In this document: positions 11,473-21,021 of the stretch, piece after piece
Position numbering within the stretch: position 1 is the first letter of the stretch
How the letters are laid out: the number at the start of each line of letters is the position of its first letter
DNA from: an uncultured Spirochaetota bacterium
GTDB lineage: Bacteria > Spirochaetota > Spirochaetia > SZUA-6 > Fen-1364
NCBI GenBank assembly: GCA_963745235.1
Contig: CAVUXE010000053.1
Coordinates: forward strand, 1 to 64,000
Length of the DNA stretch: 64,000 nucleotides
Direction: 5' to 3'
Notes under the pieces: generated by a model
The model's database searches: none
What the model was told of the DNA's origin: nothing
What the model saw: only the letters and a program-made list of their open reading frames with translations
Position numbers and translations under genes: made by a program

Positions 11473-12474
11473 ATGAGCACGAACGCCATCAGACGAACGG
11501 GGAAGTTGGCTCTGCTCAGCAAGGCGGGACTGTTCTCGCAGCTTCGTGAGGCCGAGCTTCGCACAATTTCCCGCTACAGCGGCTATCGAACCTTTGCGGA
11601 GGGAGAGCTGATCTTTCCGGAAGGAAGCCACCGGGAAGAGCTGTATCTGATCAAGAACGGCAGGGTCGTGATACGCCGGGGCGGGAACGGGGAAGGGCAG
11701 GACATTGCCCGCTTCGTGGCCGGTGAGGTGTTCGGGGAGATGGATCTCCTGGACTCGGCCCCGCGCAGCGCGTCCGCGTTCGCCGAAGAATCGACGACCC
11801 TCCTCGTGTTTCCCCACGAAGTCCCCTTCCAGGAGCTCCTCGAAAAGCATCCGTACGTATTTGCCCGAATACTCCGCAAGCTCCTGGGAGAGATTGCCGG
11901 GCGGATCCGCGCAATTGACAGGCTCGTTTCGGAAAAGTCCCCCTGGATAGAGGAGCTCAAACGCCAGCTCCTTCGGGACAAGCTCAGCGGGCTGTACAAC
12001 AGGGCGTTCCTGGAGGAGGAGCTTCCCCGTCTCCTGGCCGCGGGGCGGCCGGTGAGCCTCCTTGTCGTGAAGCCGGACAATTTCAAGACCATCAACGACA
12101 CCTGCGGTCACGAAGCCGGGGACAAGACGCTGGTGCTCATCGCGGACGCCCTGAAATCCTGCCTTGCCGAAGGGGACCTGGGCGTGCGCTACCGCGGGGA
12201 TGAATACTGCGCCGTGCTTCCCGGGCATCCCGCCCCTGAGGCGGCGCGGCTTGCGGAGTGCGTCCGGTTGGCTGTCGGCAGGGTGGACGTGGCCCAGGTC
12301 ACCGGCGGGGCCGTGGCCTCGCTTCCCGCAAGCGTCGGGGCCTGCACGTGGCCTGATTCCGCCACTGACGCGAAGAGCCTGATCGCCGGGGGCTTTGAAA
12401 GGATGCTGAAGGCCCGGGCAGACGGCGGCAACCGGGTGCTGGGAGAAGGCCCCCTGGCGGAAGGGAACGGCTGA
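11473..12474 (+). CDS. cNMP-binding domain + degenerate GGDEF domain protein
   Basis: FGEM...PRSASA (cNMP); DKLSGLYNR, KPDNFKTINDTCGH, RYRGDEY (degenerate GGDEF). Confidence 0.88.
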   Translation: MSTNAIRRTGKLALLSKAGLFSQLREAELRTISRYSGYRTFAEGELIFPEGSHREELYLIKNGRVVIRRGGNGEGQDIARFVAGEVFGEMDLLDSAPRSASAFAEESTTLLVFPHEVPFQELLEKHPYVFARILRKLLGEIAGRIRAIDRLVSEKSPWIEELKRQLLRDKLSGLYNRAFLEEELPRLLAAGRPVSLLVVKPDNFKTINDTCGHEAGDKTLVLIADALKSCLAEGDLGVRYRGDEYCAVLPGHPAPEAARLAECVRLAVGRVDVAQVTGGAVASLPASVGACTWPDSATDAKSLIAGGFERMLKARADGGNRVLGEGPLAEGNG

Positions 12475-14627
12475 TGGAAGCGATCGCTCCGGCCTTCCTG
12501 GAACGAGTCAGGGTCTTTTCCCTCCTGTCGCGGGATGACGTGGAGCGCGTAACGGCGCACCTCACCTCGGTGGAGCTGGCCGAAGGGCAGACTCTCTTCC
12601 GGGAAGGCGAACCGGGGACGGAGCTGTACATCCTGGCGGAGGGAAAAGTCGCCATCAGCATCAGTCTCCCGGACGGGGCGGAGCAGCAGATTGCCCAGTT
12701 TGCGCCCGGGGATTTTTTCGGAGAGATGTCCATCTTCGACAATGCGCCGCGCTCGGCGACCTGCCGCGCGCTCATCCACAGCGTTGTTTTCAGTCTTTCC
12801 AAGGACGCGTTCTCGGACATCATCGCGCGGCACCCCCGCATCGCTTTGAAGCTCATGTACCGCATGCTCAATGTGACCACACAGCGCCTGCGGGACACCA
12901 GCCAGTTCGTCTCCGAGATGGTGCTCTGGGGGGAAAGCGCGCGCAAGCGGGCCATCACGGACGAGCTCACCGGCGTGTACAACCGGCGGTTCCTGGAGGA
13001 TTCCCTGGGAGGCTATGTATCGGAGGCAGGGGAGAAGAACCAACCGCTCTCCCTCGTCATGGTGGACCTCGATCATTTCCGGGAAATCAACGAGCTGTAT
13101 GGACACCAGAAGGGAGACGAGGCCATACGCTCCGCCTCGGCGATATTCCGTTCACTGCTGCAGGACAGGGGAGCCATTGCGCGCTACGGCGGGGACGAGT
13201 TCGTCATCATCCTGCCGCACATGGGGTCTGCGGAAGCAACGCAGCTCATGGCGGGGGTGTGCCGGGAAGTGGCCCGCCTGGAGATTCTCAAGGACCTGAA
13301 GGGGCCGCTCACCCGGGTGACGTCGAGCATGGGTGTGGCCTCCTATCCCGAGCACGCCACGGACCTGAGCACTCTGCGCGCCGCGGCGGATGCCGCGCTC
13401 TACCGGGCCAAGGAGGGGGGACGGAACCGGGTGGTGTGCGCATCCCCGCCGCGTCGCGCGGGTCCCAAAGCTCCCATCCACGGAATCGGCCAGAAGAACA
13501 GGGTCATCGCCAACATCATCGAAGCCATCACTTCCCGCAAGCGCTTCGTCGTCCTTGGCCACCAGAGCCCGGACGACGACTGCATCTCCTCCATGATCTC
13601 CTTCGCCCTGATCCTCCACATGTTCTACCGGGAAGTCTTCCTGTACATCGGCGGGCAGGTTCACGAGCGGTTTCGCTACCTGCTGGAGATCTGCCGCTAC
13701 AACTCCATACCCATCCTCGCGGGAGCGGAAGCCGCCCCGAGCGGAGTGGACACGGTGGTGCTGTGCGACACGCCGAAGCCGGCAATGATAGACGCCAGCC
13801 CGGGGCTGCGCGCGGTCATCGCGGATCCCGGGGTGCTTCGCATCGAGATAGACCACCACATGGGCGGAGACAGCGGCTACTTCGGTGACGAAGGGTATCG
13901 GCTGGTCACAGAGGCTTCTTCCGCCAGCGAGCTGGTCGGGCACATCCTCCTGAAGCTCCAGGGCCGCAAGGACCTTCTTGAACGTCACCAGGTCACGGAG
14001 CTTTTCCCGCGCAACCTGGTGCTGGCCATCCTGACGGGGATCATCGGGGACTCGAACATGGGCCAGTACCTGAAGTCTCACCGTGAGAAGCGCTACTACG
14101 GCGTGTTCAGCACGATGTTCAACGACATCCTCTCCCGGCGCACCACGAAGAAGACGAACTTCTTCACGGCGGACCAGCTCTTCAGCGAGCTGCAGAAGCT
14201 TTCCACCAATGAAGCGGGCTGGTTCGACTACATGATGTCCCGAAAACGCTCCAGCCGCTCCATCTCCTATGTGGCGCTGGATGAGAAGGAGTCCGCGCCG
14301 CTGTTCACCGTCTCTGATGAAGACACGGTTGTCTCTACCGCCCGCGCGGTTGCGGACAAGCTTGCCGAGGAAAGCGGGAAGCTGGGGCTGGTTGCCTACA
14401 GCGACAATCCGGAGAGAAGCTCTCTTTACCAGTTCCGCCTGCGCAGGTCCAGCGTCTGGAAAGAGTACGACCTGCGAAACCTCCTGACGGTCTTCACCAT
14501 TCAGAACGGGGGAGGGCACGAGGGGGCAATCGGGTTCCGCGTGCCGCGGACGGAGGTCCCGGACTTCGAGGCCTATATCCAGCGACTCGTGACGGGAATA
14601 GAGAAAGAGATCAGCCGCGGCTCATGA
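12474..14627 (+). CDS. cNMP-binding + GGDEF diguanylate cyclase + DHH/DHHA1 phosphoesterase
   Basis: FGEMS..PRSATC; DELTGVYNRR, DLDHFREIN, RYGGDEF; DHH motifs GHQSPDDD, IDHH, GIIGDS and GGGH. Confidence 0.88.
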   Translation: MEAIAPAFLERVRVFSLLSRDDVERVTAHLTSVELAEGQTLFREGEPGTELYILAEGKVAISISLPDGAEQQIAQFAPGDFFGEMSIFDNAPRSATCRALIHSVVFSLSKDAFSDIIARHPRIALKLMYRMLNVTTQRLRDTSQFVSEMVLWGESARKRAITDELTGVYNRRFLEDSLGGYVSEAGEKNQPLSLVMVDLDHFREINELYGHQKGDEAIRSASAIFRSLLQDRGAIARYGGDEFVIILPHMGSAEATQLMAGVCREVARLEILKDLKGPLTRVTSSMGVASYPEHATDLSTLRAAADAALYRAKEGGRNRVVCASPPRRAGPKAPIHGIGQKNRVIANIIEAITSRKRFVVLGHQSPDDDCISSMISFALILHMFYREVFLYIGGQVHERFRYLLEICRYNSIPILAGAEAAPSGVDTVVLCDTPKPAMIDASPGLRAVIADPGVLRIEIDHHMGGDSGYFGDEGYRLVTEASSASELVGHILLKLQGRKDLLERHQVTELFPRNLVLAILTGIIGDSNMGQYLKSHREKRYYGVFSTMFNDILSRRTTKKTNFFTADQLFSELQKLSTNEAGWFDYMMSRKRSSRSISYVALDEKESAPLFTVSDEDTVVSTARAVADKLAEESGKLGLVAYSDNPERSSLYQFRLRRSSVWKEYDLRNLLTVFTIQNGGGHEGAIGFRVPRTEVPDFEAYIQRLVTGIEKEISRGS

Positions 14628-14712
14628 GCGGCGGCTATGACCGGCGGCGGCTTATGACCGGCAGCGGTTCATGACCGGCAGCGGTTCATGACCGGAGCGG
14701 TTCACGACCGGC
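14624..14712. repeat. Degenerate tandem repeat, ~17-bp unit ATGACCGGCAGCGGTTC, 5-6 copies
   Basis: Units start at 14624, 14637, 14654, 14671, 14688 and 14704. The copies at 14654 and 14671 are identical. Confidence 0.9.
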
Positions 14713-15952
14713 CGCTCCTGCCGCCCGCGCCGTACTGCTTTTCCAGCAACTCACCCGCACTCGCCAGGTCAGCGGGACAGGGCTGGGGCATGGAAACGAG
14801 CTTTTCCGCGGCCCCCGTGTCCTTGAACCCGGTGCCCGTGAGAAGAACGACGACAGTTGCGGAGGGTTCCACGTTCGCGCGGTCTTTCAGGAATCCGGCC
14901 CACGCCGCGGCGGAGGACGGTTCGACGAAGCTCCCCGACTCCCTGCCCAGCTCGGCCTGGGCGCCGCTGATCTCCTCATCGCTGACCTCGACTGCTCTGC
15001 CGCCCGTCCGCGCGAGCCAGTCCAGCGCCATCCGGCCGCACGCGGGTGAGGCGACAGAAAGGGAATCAGCGATGGTGGAGGCGCGCGTGAGCACCACCTC
15101 CCGCTTCTCCCGCCAGCTCCTGGCGATGGCATTGCTGCCTTCCGCCTGAACCGCGACCATCACCGGCATTTTTTCGGCGAGGCCTGCCTGCACGAGGTCC
15201 GCGAATCCCTTGCAGGCGCCTGAAATGATGACGCCGTCTCCGACAGGGACATAGACCACGTCCGGCACCCGGCAGCCCAGCTGGTTGTACAGCTCGATGG
15301 AGACGGTCTTCTTCCCCTCCACGGTGAACGGGTTGAAGCCCGTATTGCGGTTGATTCCTCCGAACGCCCGCGTGTACGCGATGGAGAGCGAGAAGGCGTC
15401 GTCATAAGTGCCCTGGATGGGCACAACGCGGGCTCCATACAGGAGGGACTGAAGGAGCTTGGCCCGGGGGGCGGCGCCCGGAACGAACAAGACCACCTCG
15501 AGCCCGCAGGCGGCGCCGGCGCACGCCATGGACGCCCCCGCATTCCCCGTGGAGGCAAGCGTGACGGTGTCAGCCGCATGCACCTTCGCCTGCTCCGCCA
15601 CCAGGAGCGAGGCCCTGTCCTTGAGGGAGCCGGACGGGTTCAGGCTGTCGTTCTTCAGGAAGAGCCGGGGGAAGCCCGTTTTTGCCCGAAGCCGACCGAC
15701 GGGGACCAGGGGAGTTTCGCCCACGGGAAAGCCGGCAGCGTTGCGCACCGGCAGCGGAAGGAAGGCAAGGGGATCAACCGGGTTTCCCCGTTCAAACGAC
15801 GTGGTGGGCTCGAAAACCACGGAGAGGTTGCCCCTCTGGAAACCTGTCTGCACCGCACCCCCGGCGGGTGGGGCGCAGGCAGGGCAGCGATAGACCACCT
15901 CGTCTGTGGAGATCTCCCGTCCGCAGTCGGTGCACACGTACCGGATGACCAT
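14702..15952 (-). CDS. Threonine-synthase-like PLP-dependent enzyme
   Basis: N-terminal CTDC/CPAC; NPSGSLKDRAS, ASTGNAG, EGKKT, PVGDG, LTGTGFKD. Confidence 0.85.
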   Translation of the reverse strand: MVIRYVCTDCGREISTDEVVYRCPACAPPAGGAVQTGFQRGNLSVVFEPTTSFERGNPVDPLAFLPLPVRNAAGFPVGETPLVPVGRLRAKTGFPRLFLKNDSLNPSGSLKDRASLLVAEQAKVHAADTVTLASTGNAGASMACAGAACGLEVVLFVPGAAPRAKLLQSLLYGARVVPIQGTYDDAFSLSIAYTRAFGGINRNTGFNPFTVEGKKTVSIELYNQLGCRVPDVVYVPVGDGVIISGACKGFADLVQAGLAEKMPVMVAVQAEGSNAIARSWREKREVVLTRASTIADSLSVASPACGRMALDWLARTGGRAVEVSDEEISGAQAELGRESGSFVEPSSAAAWAGFLKDRANVEPSATVVVLLTGTGFKDTGAAEKLVSMPQPCPADLASAGELLEKQYGAGGRSGRS

Positions 15953-15955
15953 CAG

Positions 15956-17417
15956 TTAGAGCCCGACCTCGCGGTTGAACTCCTCGATCAGCTCGTCGAT
16001 TCGGGGGGCCTGCTCCTGGATGCCTTTCCAGTACCCGGGGTCTTCCCACTGCGCGTTGAGCTCCTGGACGGTTTTGCCCTGCTGCTCGACCCAGGTGTAG
16101 TACTTGAGGTTGTGCACCCGCTTCCTCTCCGGATAGGTGAGCTCCAGGACATTGTCCGAGCGCTGCCCTTCCAGGGAAACGGCGTGCGCCCGCACGGCTG
16201 CCGCCTGGTCAAACGGGCCTTCCTGCTCCCCCAGCTCGCGCACCCGTGACCCGTACAGCTCCATGGAGTCCGTGAGGATGGTGACCACCACGTCCTTCTC
16301 CGTCATCTCGTAGTATCGGGCAAGCTTGATGGACGCCAGGAGGTTGCCGATTCCCGATATCCCCAGGAGCGGCAGGGATTCAATCAGCGTCCCGGGCACG
16401 CCGCGGGAGGAGAGGAGCGCCTTGCCCTCCTTCTCGTTGAAGAGGCGAAGCAGGTCCATGCAGTCGTCGTCATCCACCGCGATCACCGCGTCGGTGTTTC
16501 GGACGTTGTGGATCCAGGGCACGTGCTTGTCCCCGATGCCTTCGATCCTGTGGGCGCCGAACCCGTTGCGAAGCAGGGTGGGGCACTGCAGGGCTTCCGC
16601 CGCGCCGATCCTCACGCCGGGGAACCTCTTCTTCAGGTTGTCCCCCGCCGCAATGGTGCCGGCGGAGCCCGTGGAGGAGACGAAACCGGCAAGCTGCGTC
16701 CCGCGGGCCCAGGGCGCGCTCCATCACCCGCGCGATGGCCGCACCGGTGACTTCGTAGTGCCAGAGGTAGTTGCCGAACTCCTCGAACTGGTTGAAGATC
16801 ACGATGTCGTCTCCCCGGTCGCGGGAAAGCTCGTGGCACTTGTCGAAGATCTCCTTCACGTTGCTTTCGCTGCCGGGCGTCGTGATCACCTCCCCGGCGA
16901 TCTTCGAGAGCCACTGGAAGCGTTCCTTGCTCATCCCCTCCGGGAGAATGGCGATGGACTGGCAGCCCAGCAGCGCGGAGTTGAAGGCGCCGCCGCGGCA
17001 GTAGTTGCCGGTGGAGGGCCACGCCGCCTTCTGCGTCGTGGAATCGAATGAGCCGGTGACCAGCGCGGGCGCGAGGCAGCCGTAGGTGGCGCCCACCTTG
17101 TGCGCGCCGGTGGGGAACCATTTGCCCACCAGCGCGATGATGCGCGCGGGAACCCCCGTGAGCGAGCGGGGGAACTCCAGGAAGTTCACCTCTCCGAAAA
17201 GCCCCCCCCTCTCCACCGGCTGGTTGCGCCACGTGATGCGAAAGAGGTTCAGCGGGTTCACGTCCCAGAGCCCTGTCTTCTTCAGGCCGTCTCTGATGCG
17301 GGAGGGGGCCTTTTCGGGCTCCTTCATCTGGGCGAATGTCGGGAGGACGATGCCTTTCTCTCTGCAGCGACGGATGTTCCTGGAGCGCGCCTCGGGATGC
17401 CTGTCGAGTGTGATCAT
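15956..17417 (-). CDS. PLP-dependent enzyme (fold type II, cysteine-synthase-like); frameshifted
   Basis: FPTGAHKVGA, WPSTGNYCRGG, HRIEGIGDKH, across ORFs 16470..17498 and 15956..16615. Confidence 0.82.
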
Positions 17418-17541
17418 GCAACGATGAAAACTCACCCCGTGGCCGATGTCAAGGATACGACTGCAGACCAGGGAAAGTTCGCGCGGCCCAGTAGACAATG
17501 CGCGCCAGATCGCGGAATCTACCCTGGAAAAGGAACGTCAC

Positions 17542-17997
17542 GTGAAGATAACGCTTGCAGACGTGGCAGACGCCCAGACAATCCTGGAGCTCCAGAAGCA
17601 GTGCTACCAGTCCGAGGCTGCGCTGTATGATGACTATTCGATTCCTCCCTTGCGGCAATCCCTTGAGAGCCTCCGGGATGAGTTCGAGAAAAAGATCGTC
17701 CTCAAGGCAGTGGAGTCAGGAAGGATAGTCGGATCTGTCCGGGCTCACGTGAAAGACGATACATGTCATGTCGAAAGGCTCATCGTCCATCCCGATTTCC
17801 AGAACAAGGGGATCGGGAAGAAGCTCCTGGGCTCGGTCGAGTCGATCTTCCTCAGCGCTCGACGGTTCGAGCTGTTCACGGGCGAAAAGAGCGTCAAGAA
17901 CATCTCCTTGTACAGTTCCTTCGGTTACCGCGAGCTCAGGAAGGAACCCCTGAGCGATCGCGTGACCCTGCTGTACATGGAAAAAGTGGTCTTTTAG
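17542..17997 (+). CDS. GNAT family N-acetyltransferase
   Basis: RLIVHPDFQNKGIGKKLL; LFTG...NISLYSSFGY. Confidence 0.9.
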   Translation: MKITLADVADAQTILELQKQCYQSEAALYDDYSIPPLRQSLESLRDEFEKKIVLKAVESGRIVGSVRAHVKDDTCHVERLIVHPDFQNKGIGKKLLGSVESIFLSARRFELFTGEKSVKNISLYSSFGYRELRKEPLSDRVTLLYMEKVVF

Positions 17998-18009
17998 GGC
18001 GCCCTGATC

Positions 18010-18192
18010 CTATTTCACGAACTCATGCGAACAGCGGGGGCACGCGACCATGCCGCAGCTTCGAAAGAGCCGCGGGCACTGGGCGCAACCCTCGCCCTGG
18101 GCTGCGTCGAAGCGGTTGCCGCACAGCGGACACTGGACGTCCTGCGCCGTCTTCGCGGCCGGCTCGGCTGCCCCGGCTCTCTTGCCCCTCAT
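18010..18192 (-). CDS. Small Cys-rich protein associated with FeoB
   Basis: CPLC, CAQC-x6-C, CPRC; immediately downstream of feoB. Confidence 0.7.
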   Translation of the reverse strand: MRGKRAGAAEPAAKTAQDVQCPLCGNRFDAAQGEGCAQCPRLFRSCGMVACPRCSHEFVK

Positions 18193-18203
18193 TCAGTCCC
18201 CCC

Positions 18204-20261
18204 CTACCCGATACCCAGGGCGTGCATGACCCAGCGTGCTCCTCCGCCTGCCGCCAAAGCGAGGGCGATGGTGAACCCCATGATGGCAGCAGCCCGCTTC
18301 CAGCCAAGCTCTCTGCCGAGCACCGCCACCGTGGCGACGCAGGGGATGTAGATCGTGTTGACAAGCGCATAGACGAACAGCTGGGACGGCACCATGAAGT
18401 CCAGGAGGCTCTTCGTGTGCGGGCCGTAGCGCACGATGGCCAGAGTCAGCAGGAGCTGGAGGGCAAGCTCTTTCCTCAAGATCGCGAAGATGAGAGTGAG
18501 CCCCGCCACGGCCGGAAGTCCGAGCCATCCCTCCATGACCGGAGCAAGCGGAGCGGAGAGCTTCCAGATCAGCCCCGTCTCGTAGAGGGCGCCCAGCAGC
18601 AGGCTCCCGCCGAGGACGATGGGTGTGGCCACGAAGATGAAATCCTTGAACCTGAACCAGGTCTTGATGGCGATGGACCTCAAGGACGGCATGCGGAAGG
18701 GAAACATTTCCATGACCAGCCCGCTCGACTCACCGGGCATCACCTTGTTGAGCCCGACGCCGACCGCCGCCACCAGCAGGCCCATGAGAAGGAACACGGC
18801 GATCCCCCACTGCCAGCCCGCCAGGCTGGCCAGCGCGCCGAGGATGACCGCGGTCCGGGCGCTGCACGGGATGAGAACGATGAGCGTGCTCGCGATGGTC
18901 CGCTCCCTCATGGTGGTGAGCACACGCGTGCCGATGATGGCAGGCACGTTGCAGCCGGCGCCGGCCACCAGCGGAATGATGGAGCGTCCGTGCAGGCCGA
19001 AGCGGTGCATGATCCGGTCGGTCAGGAAGGCGACCGAGTTGAGGTAGCCGCTGTCTTCCAGGAAGGCCAGGAGGAAATAGAAGGTGAGGACGTAGGGAAT
19101 CCCGACCGCGAGTGAGGCCTCGATGCCGGCATCCGGGCCCCATATCAGGATCTTGGCGACCACGCCGTTGCCCGCGATGAGGTGGATGGCTCCCTGGATG
19201 AGCGGAGAGAGAGCAACCGCCCACAGCGTGCTGAACGTGCGGGCCAGGAAGTCCCCGACAACAAAAAGGAAGGCGAAGATCCCTCCCAGGGCAACTGCCA
19301 GGATGGGCAGCCCTGTAAGAGGCGAGGTGGTGAGACGCCAGAGCCGCTGGGAGAGCAGCTCCTTGTCTGCGCCCCTGCGCTGAACTTCGTCAACTATCGC
19401 GCCGGCAAGTCCGTGGCGCTCGCGGATGATGCGAAGGGGCGCATCCTCTCCGTGCTCGTCGTGAATACGCACCGCCGCCTCGTCGACAAACGAGAGAAGC
19501 TCCGGCCCCCTGTCGACACCTCGGACGAGCCGCTTGAACTCGGCGTCGTTCTCCAGGAGCAGCAGCGCCAGCCCGCGCGGGCTGACACGCGGGGCATCCC
19601 CGTTCAGGAGGGCGGAAACATGGACGGAGATGTCCCCCACGATTTTCTCCACGTCGGCCCCGTATGATACGTGGCGAGTCGGTGAGCCGCCTGCCCCCGG
19701 TCCGGGCTCACGACATTTTCTGGAGCGTCGAACCGCGGCGACGGCTGCGGCAAGGAGCGTTTCCAGTCCTTCTCCGTGCGTGGCCACCGTGGGGATCACC
19801 GGGATTCCCAGGAGGCGCGAAAGCGCCGCCACGTCTATCTCTATTCCTTTCTTTCGCGCCTGGTCGAACAGGTTGAGGGCAGCGACCACGGGAAACCCCA
19901 TGTCGAGCAGCTGCAGGAGCATGTAGAGGTTGCGCGCAAGGTTCGTCGCGTCCAGGATCACGATCACCGCGTCCGGGTTGCCGTCCAGGATCCCCTGCCG
20001 CGCGACCCACTGGTCTTCGGAGACAGCCCCCAGCGCATACGTTCCCGGCAGGTCCACGAGGCCGATGCGAAGCTCCCCCAGCCGCGTGGCCGCAACGTTT
20101 ATCTCCACCGTCTTGCCCGGGTAGTTGGCCGTGACGGCCCCCGTGCCGGTCAGCGTGTTGAATATGGAAGACTTGCCGACGTTGGGGTTGCCGGCAAGGG
20201 CGAAAACGAAATCGGTTCGGCCGCGTATCTCGTTCACCGCGCCGCAGCAGGAGATGCTCAC
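18204..20261 (-). CDS. feoB: Ferrous iron transporter B
   Basis: GNPNVGKS, NYPGKTV, DLPGTY, GCNVPA, IPCSAR, YIPCVAT. Confidence 0.95.
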   Translation of the reverse strand: MSISCCGAVNEIRGRTDFVFALAGNPNVGKSSIFNTLTGTGAVTANYPGKTVEINVAATRLGELRIGLVDLPGTYALGAVSEDQWVARQGILDGNPDAVIVILDATNLARNLYMLLQLLDMGFPVVAALNLFDQARKKGIEIDVAALSRLLGIPVIPTVATHGEGLETLLAAAVAAVRRSRKCREPGPGAGGSPTRHVSYGADVEKIVGDISVHVSALLNGDAPRVSPRGLALLLLENDAEFKRLVRGVDRGPELLSFVDEAAVRIHDEHGEDAPLRIIRERHGLAGAIVDEVQRRGADKELLSQRLWRLTTSPLTGLPILAVALGGIFAFLFVVGDFLARTFSTLWAVALSPLIQGAIHLIAGNGVVAKILIWGPDAGIEASLAVGIPYVLTFYFLLAFLEDSGYLNSVAFLTDRIMHRFGLHGRSIIPLVAGAGCNVPAIIGTRVLTTMRERTIASTLIVLIPCSARTAVILGALASLAGWQWGIAVFLLMGLLVAAVGVGLNKVMPGESSGLVMEMFPFRMPSLRSIAIKTWFRFKDFIFVATPIVLGGSLLLGALYETGLIWKLSAPLAPVMEGWLGLPAVAGLTLIFAILRKELALQLLLTLAIVRYGPHTKSLLDFMVPSQLFVYALVNTIYIPCVATVAVLGRELGWKRAAAIMGFTIALALAAGGGARWVMHALGIG

Positions 20262-20917
20262 CGGGAAGGCTCCTTCACCCAGATCTTCTCAGCGACTTCC
20301 CGCCCGATCGCGTAGCTTGCCCCGTTGATCCGCACCAGGAGCGGCCCGTCGAAGGGGGCAACCTGTTCCACGCGAACGGCCGCCTGCGGCATCATGCCAA
20401 GGGTCGCGAGGTACTCCAGGAGGTCCCTTCGCTCTTCGGCGATCTTCGCAATCACTCCGCTCTCGTTTCGCCGCAGGGTGCTCAGGCGGCGCGCGGGGGC
20501 TTCCGCGGTCCGGCCCATCCTGTCGGGGATGGGGTGCCCGTGCGGGCAGGTGTCCGCGTTCTTCAGAAGCGCCTCCATGCGGGACTCCACCTCGGGGGAA
20601 AGCACGTGCTCCAGCTTGCATGCCTCCTCGTGGACGTCCTTCCAGTCCATTCCCAGCACGTCAACGAGGAAACGCTCCGAGATGCGGTGCTTGCGGATGA
20701 GCTCCAGCGCGGCCTTTCTCCCCTTGGGCGTCAAAACGATGCCCCGGTCCCTGCTTTTCTCCGCGAGCCCCTTGTCAGCGAGCCGATCCATCATTTCCGC
20801 TGCCGAGGCAGGGGAGACGGCGAGCTCTTTCCCCAGCTCCGTGGTGCCCAGCTTCCTGCCCTCCTGATGGAGCTTGTAGATGGCCTCCAGGTACTCCTGG
20901 ACGATGGGTGATTCCAT
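20258..20917 (-). CDS. DtxR/MntR family metal-dependent repressor with C-terminal FeoA domain
   Basis: EYLEAIY, RKHRISERFL, EACKLEH, CPHGHPIP, and a FeoA-like tail. Confidence 0.93.
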   Translation of the reverse strand: MESPIVQEYLEAIYKLHQEGRKLGTTELGKELAVSPASAAEMMDRLADKGLAEKSRDRGIVLTPKGRKAALELIRKHRISERFLVDVLGMDWKDVHEEACKLEHVLSPEVESRMEALLKNADTCPHGHPIPDRMGRTAEAPARRLSTLRRNESGVIAKIAEERRDLLEYLATLGMMPQAAVRVEQVAPFDGPLLVRINGASYAIGREVAEKIWVKEPSR

Positions 20918-20921
20918 GGCT

Positions 20922-20937
20922 TTTAGGTGACCCTAAA
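20922..20937. promoter_or_regulatory. Putative DtxR-family operator TTTAGG-TGAC-CCTAAA
   Basis: Perfect 6-bp inverted arms resembling DtxR/SirR boxes, between the -10 and the start codon of the regulator. Confidence 0.8.
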
Positions 20938-20941
20938 CCAT

Positions 20942-20970
20942 GTTATACGGCTGTCCATAGAAGGTGTCAA
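20942..20970 (-). promoter_or_regulatory. Sigma70-type promoter of the dtxR-feoB operon
   Basis: TTGACA (20970-20965), 17-bp spacer, TATAAC (20947-20942). Confidence 0.75.
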
Positions 20971-21021
20971 GCGGTTTTTTTCACGATACGGAATTCGCGA
21001 TCAAATGGGCGATTAGAGACG

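Noticed and set aside
14624-14712. Possible mini-CRISPR array
   Set aside because: The units are contiguous with no spacers, and there are no cas genes in the window.
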